Shown in pieces: positions 31,138 to 32,000 of a stretch of DNA of 32,000 bases. The notes under the pieces were generated by a model. It was not told where the DNA came from, made no database searches, and saw nothing but the letters and a program-made list of their open reading frames with translations. The stretch is from Vibrio vulnificus CMCP6 (GTDB lineage: Bacteria; Pseudomonadota; Gammaproteobacteria; Enterobacterales; Vibrionaceae): assembly GCF_000039765.1 (NCBI RefSeq), contig NC_004459.3, forward strand, positions 720,001 through 752,000. Reading direction: 5' to 3'. Both the position numbers and the translations under genes were made by a program. Numbering within the stretch: the stretch's first letter is position 1; every line of letters starts with the position of its first letter.

Positions 31138-31633
31138 ATGTACAAGAAAATCGCTATCGCCGCCTTTGTCAGTGTTGCACTTATGGGATGTCAAACGACA
31201 TCGAAACAAACTCAAACAGGTACCGAAAGTGGCTATAGCGAAATCGCTAATGCGGCGCTGATGGGCGCAGTTCAAACATGGTCTCAAAAAGGAGCTGCCG
31301 ATAGCGATCTCGTCTCCGCGATACAAAATAGCACTAATGTGTCATCTGAACAGGCTATTGGCGGGATCGGCTCACTACTCGCGTTAGCTCAAAACTCATT
31401 GAGCAGTAACGAAAACAATGAGTTATCGGGGCTCATTCCGGGATTTGATTCTTTACAGTCAAGTGGCTTGACGGCTTTAATTAGTAATAACGAAACGGTT
31501 AAGAGCGCATTTTCTGCATTGGGCTTAGATCCAGCTCTTATTTCAACCTTTACACCGATCATCCTAAGCGCACTACAAAAACCAGGGCGCAAGCTCAGGT
31601 TTGCTAGATAGCCTTTCTTCTATCTGGAAATAA
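31138..31633 (+). CDS. DUF2780-type lipoprotein with apparent 3' frameshift
   Basis: Lipobox ALMGC, then SEQAIGGIGSLLALAQNSLSSNENNELSGLIPGFDSLQSSG...ALGLDPALISTFTPIILSAL. As given the frame ends at 31611 (QKPGRKLRFAR); removing one A from the run 31577..31581 gives QNQGASSGLLDSLSSIWK ending at 31633. Confidence 0.8.
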
Positions 31634-31659
31634 GCGAAGCGAGAAGCGAGAAAATGTTG

Positions 31660-31687
31660 AAGGGTTGGCGCAGTGCCAACCCTTTTC
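31660..31687 (+). terminator. Terminator-like hairpin after DUF2780 gene
   Basis: aagggttggc-gcagt-gccaacccttttctt. Confidence 0.75.
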
Positions 31688-31852
31688 TTTAAATTCGATA
31701 ATGAAATCCAAATTAGGACCCAGTGCTGTCTGCAACTTTTGACTCTCTCTCCGCGATCTCATCTCGAAGAACGGAGTTCGCTCGCGATTCTCTGAGCGAA
31801 GCTTTCTCAAAGGAAGTAAGGTGTGGCTCGTTATTTCCTTACCTTACAAACG

Positions 31853-31882
31853 CAAAAAAGCCGAGCTAATGCTCGGCTTTTC
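31853..31882 (-). terminator. Rho-independent terminator of the rplQ operon
   Basis: On minus strand: aaagccgagc-atta-gctcggctttttt. Confidence 0.85.
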
Positions 31883-31899
31883 TGTTCTTACGAACCTGA

Positions 31900-32000
31900 T
31901 TACTCAGCAGCAGCTTCTTCAGCAGCTGGGCGATCTACAAGCTCAATGTAAGCCATTGGAGCTTTGTCACCAGCACGGAAGCCAGCTTTTAGGATACGAG
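31900..32000 (-). CDS. rplQ: 50S ribosomal protein L17, C-terminal end (partial)
   Basis: Reverse complement encodes [32 protein letters not shown], matching the L17 C-terminus. Confidence 0.93.
   Translation of the reverse strand, partial: RILKAGFRAGDKAPMAYIELVDRPAAEEAAAE

Noticed and set aside
31138-31611. Interpretation of the basic tail PGRKLRFAR as a new C-terminal motif of the lipoprotein
   Set aside because: A one-base change in an A homopolymer restores a more family-like ending, so a frameshift is the simpler explanation.
31604-31810. 68-aa minus-strand ORF before rplQ
   Set aside because: Spans a terminator hairpin and the end of the frame-corrected DUF2780 gene; more likely a translated intergenic repeat than a protein.

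Overview
This window looks like a largely ordinary chromosomal region from a Vibrio-like gammaproteobacterium. Gene order and product identity resemble the V. cholerae/E. coli fbp-ppa-ytfP-tamB-tamA-msrA-ytfK neighbourhood. It starts in a thiBP thiamine ABC operon (minus strand, with a TPP riboswitch), then ubiX and mpl, then fbp, ppa, ytfP, tamBA, msrA, a ytfK-like gene (DUF1107) and a ytfJ-like gene. A probable Zur-controlled zinc-uptake operon follows (DUF2607 protein, His-rich DUF2796 protein, ABC ATPase, permease, DUF3299 protein), then a TIGR03899-type gene and a minus-strand sulfate-assimilation operon (cobA-cysD-cysN-SLC13 permease-cysC). The right end carries cpdB, a Crp/Fnr-type regulator, elaA-like GNAT, an EamA transporter, an OapA/YtfB-like protein, fklB, a DUF2780 lipoprotein and the 3' end of rplQ. 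I see no prophage, CRISPR array, transposase, defence island or convincing new multi-gene system. The best second-look items are: (1) an apparent 1-nt insertion just after the fklB start codon; (2) an apparent 1-nt insertion in an A-run that alters the C-terminus of the DUF2780 lipoprotein; (3) an unlisted 34-aa putative small membrane protein at 18149..18253 on the minus strand; (4) a Zur-box-like palindrome ahead of the zinc operon and a tandem-repeat His-rich domain inside it; (5) a possible interspersed intergenic element before rplQ. Annotations come from recognising protein sequences by eye; no database search was run.
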